Source: Solirubrobacteraceae bacterium
Lineage (GTDB): Bacteria > Actinomycetota > Thermoleophilia > Solirubrobacterales > Solirubrobacteraceae
Reading direction: 5' to 3'
NCBI GenBank assembly: GCA_036264175.1
Contig: DATARK010000050.1
Location: 2,105-66,104, forward strand
DNA: 64,000 bases
The notes under the pieces are model-generated. The model was not told where the DNA came from and did no database searches. It saw only the letters and a program-made list of their open reading frames with translations. Position numbers and translations under genes: made by a program. Shown here piece after piece: positions 63,895 to 64,000 of this stretch (the stretch's first letter is position 1; every line of letters begins with the position of its first letter).

Positions 63895-64000
63895 ATGAGC
63901 GAGCATGCCGTGGTGATAGCCGGAGGGGGTCCAACCGGGATGATGCTGGCGGCTGAGCTGGCCCTGGCGAAGGTCGATGTCGCGATCGTCGAGATGCGTT
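63895..64000 (+). CDS. FAD-dependent monooxygenase (possibly Rox-like), 3'-truncated by the window edge
   Basis: MSEHAVVIAGGGPTGMMLAAELALAKVDVAIVE Rossmann motif. Confidence 0.8.
   Translation, partial: MSEHAVVIAGGGPTGMMLAAELALAKVDVAIVEMR

Overview
Very GC-rich actinobacterial chromosome segment; gene content and style suggest Thermoleophilia/Solirubrobacterales (inference). It has a conserved housekeeping backbone (folC, ndk, maf, mreBCD-mrdA-rodA, rne, rplU-rpmA, obgE, proBA, nadD, rsfS, leuS, holA, rpsT, murJ, lepA). Two accessory blocks interrupt it. The first (~18.1-33.5 kb) holds secreted proteins, an Fe3+ ABC operon with IdeR/DtxR boxes ending in a cytochrome P450, xth, and tRNA-Ala(GGC) preceded by a free-standing PD-(D/E)XK endonuclease. 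The second (~41.3-64 kb) holds an MprAB-like two-component system, an acylphosphatase-LigD phosphoesterase fusion, a SABATH-like methyltransferase, a phosphoesterase, an MFS pump, a diguanylate cyclase, a lipase, and an RAE-like palindrome before a FAD monooxygenase. Best leads: (1) an unrecognised, multi-branched, possibly pseudoknotted ~190-nt RNA with its own -10 box and terminator between murJ and lepA; (2) maf lacking a canonical start and lying in frame directly behind the ndk amber stop; (3) an amber codon at codon 12 of the essential leuS. No CRISPR array, transposase or integrase was seen. All calls come from reading motifs by eye; no database searches were run.
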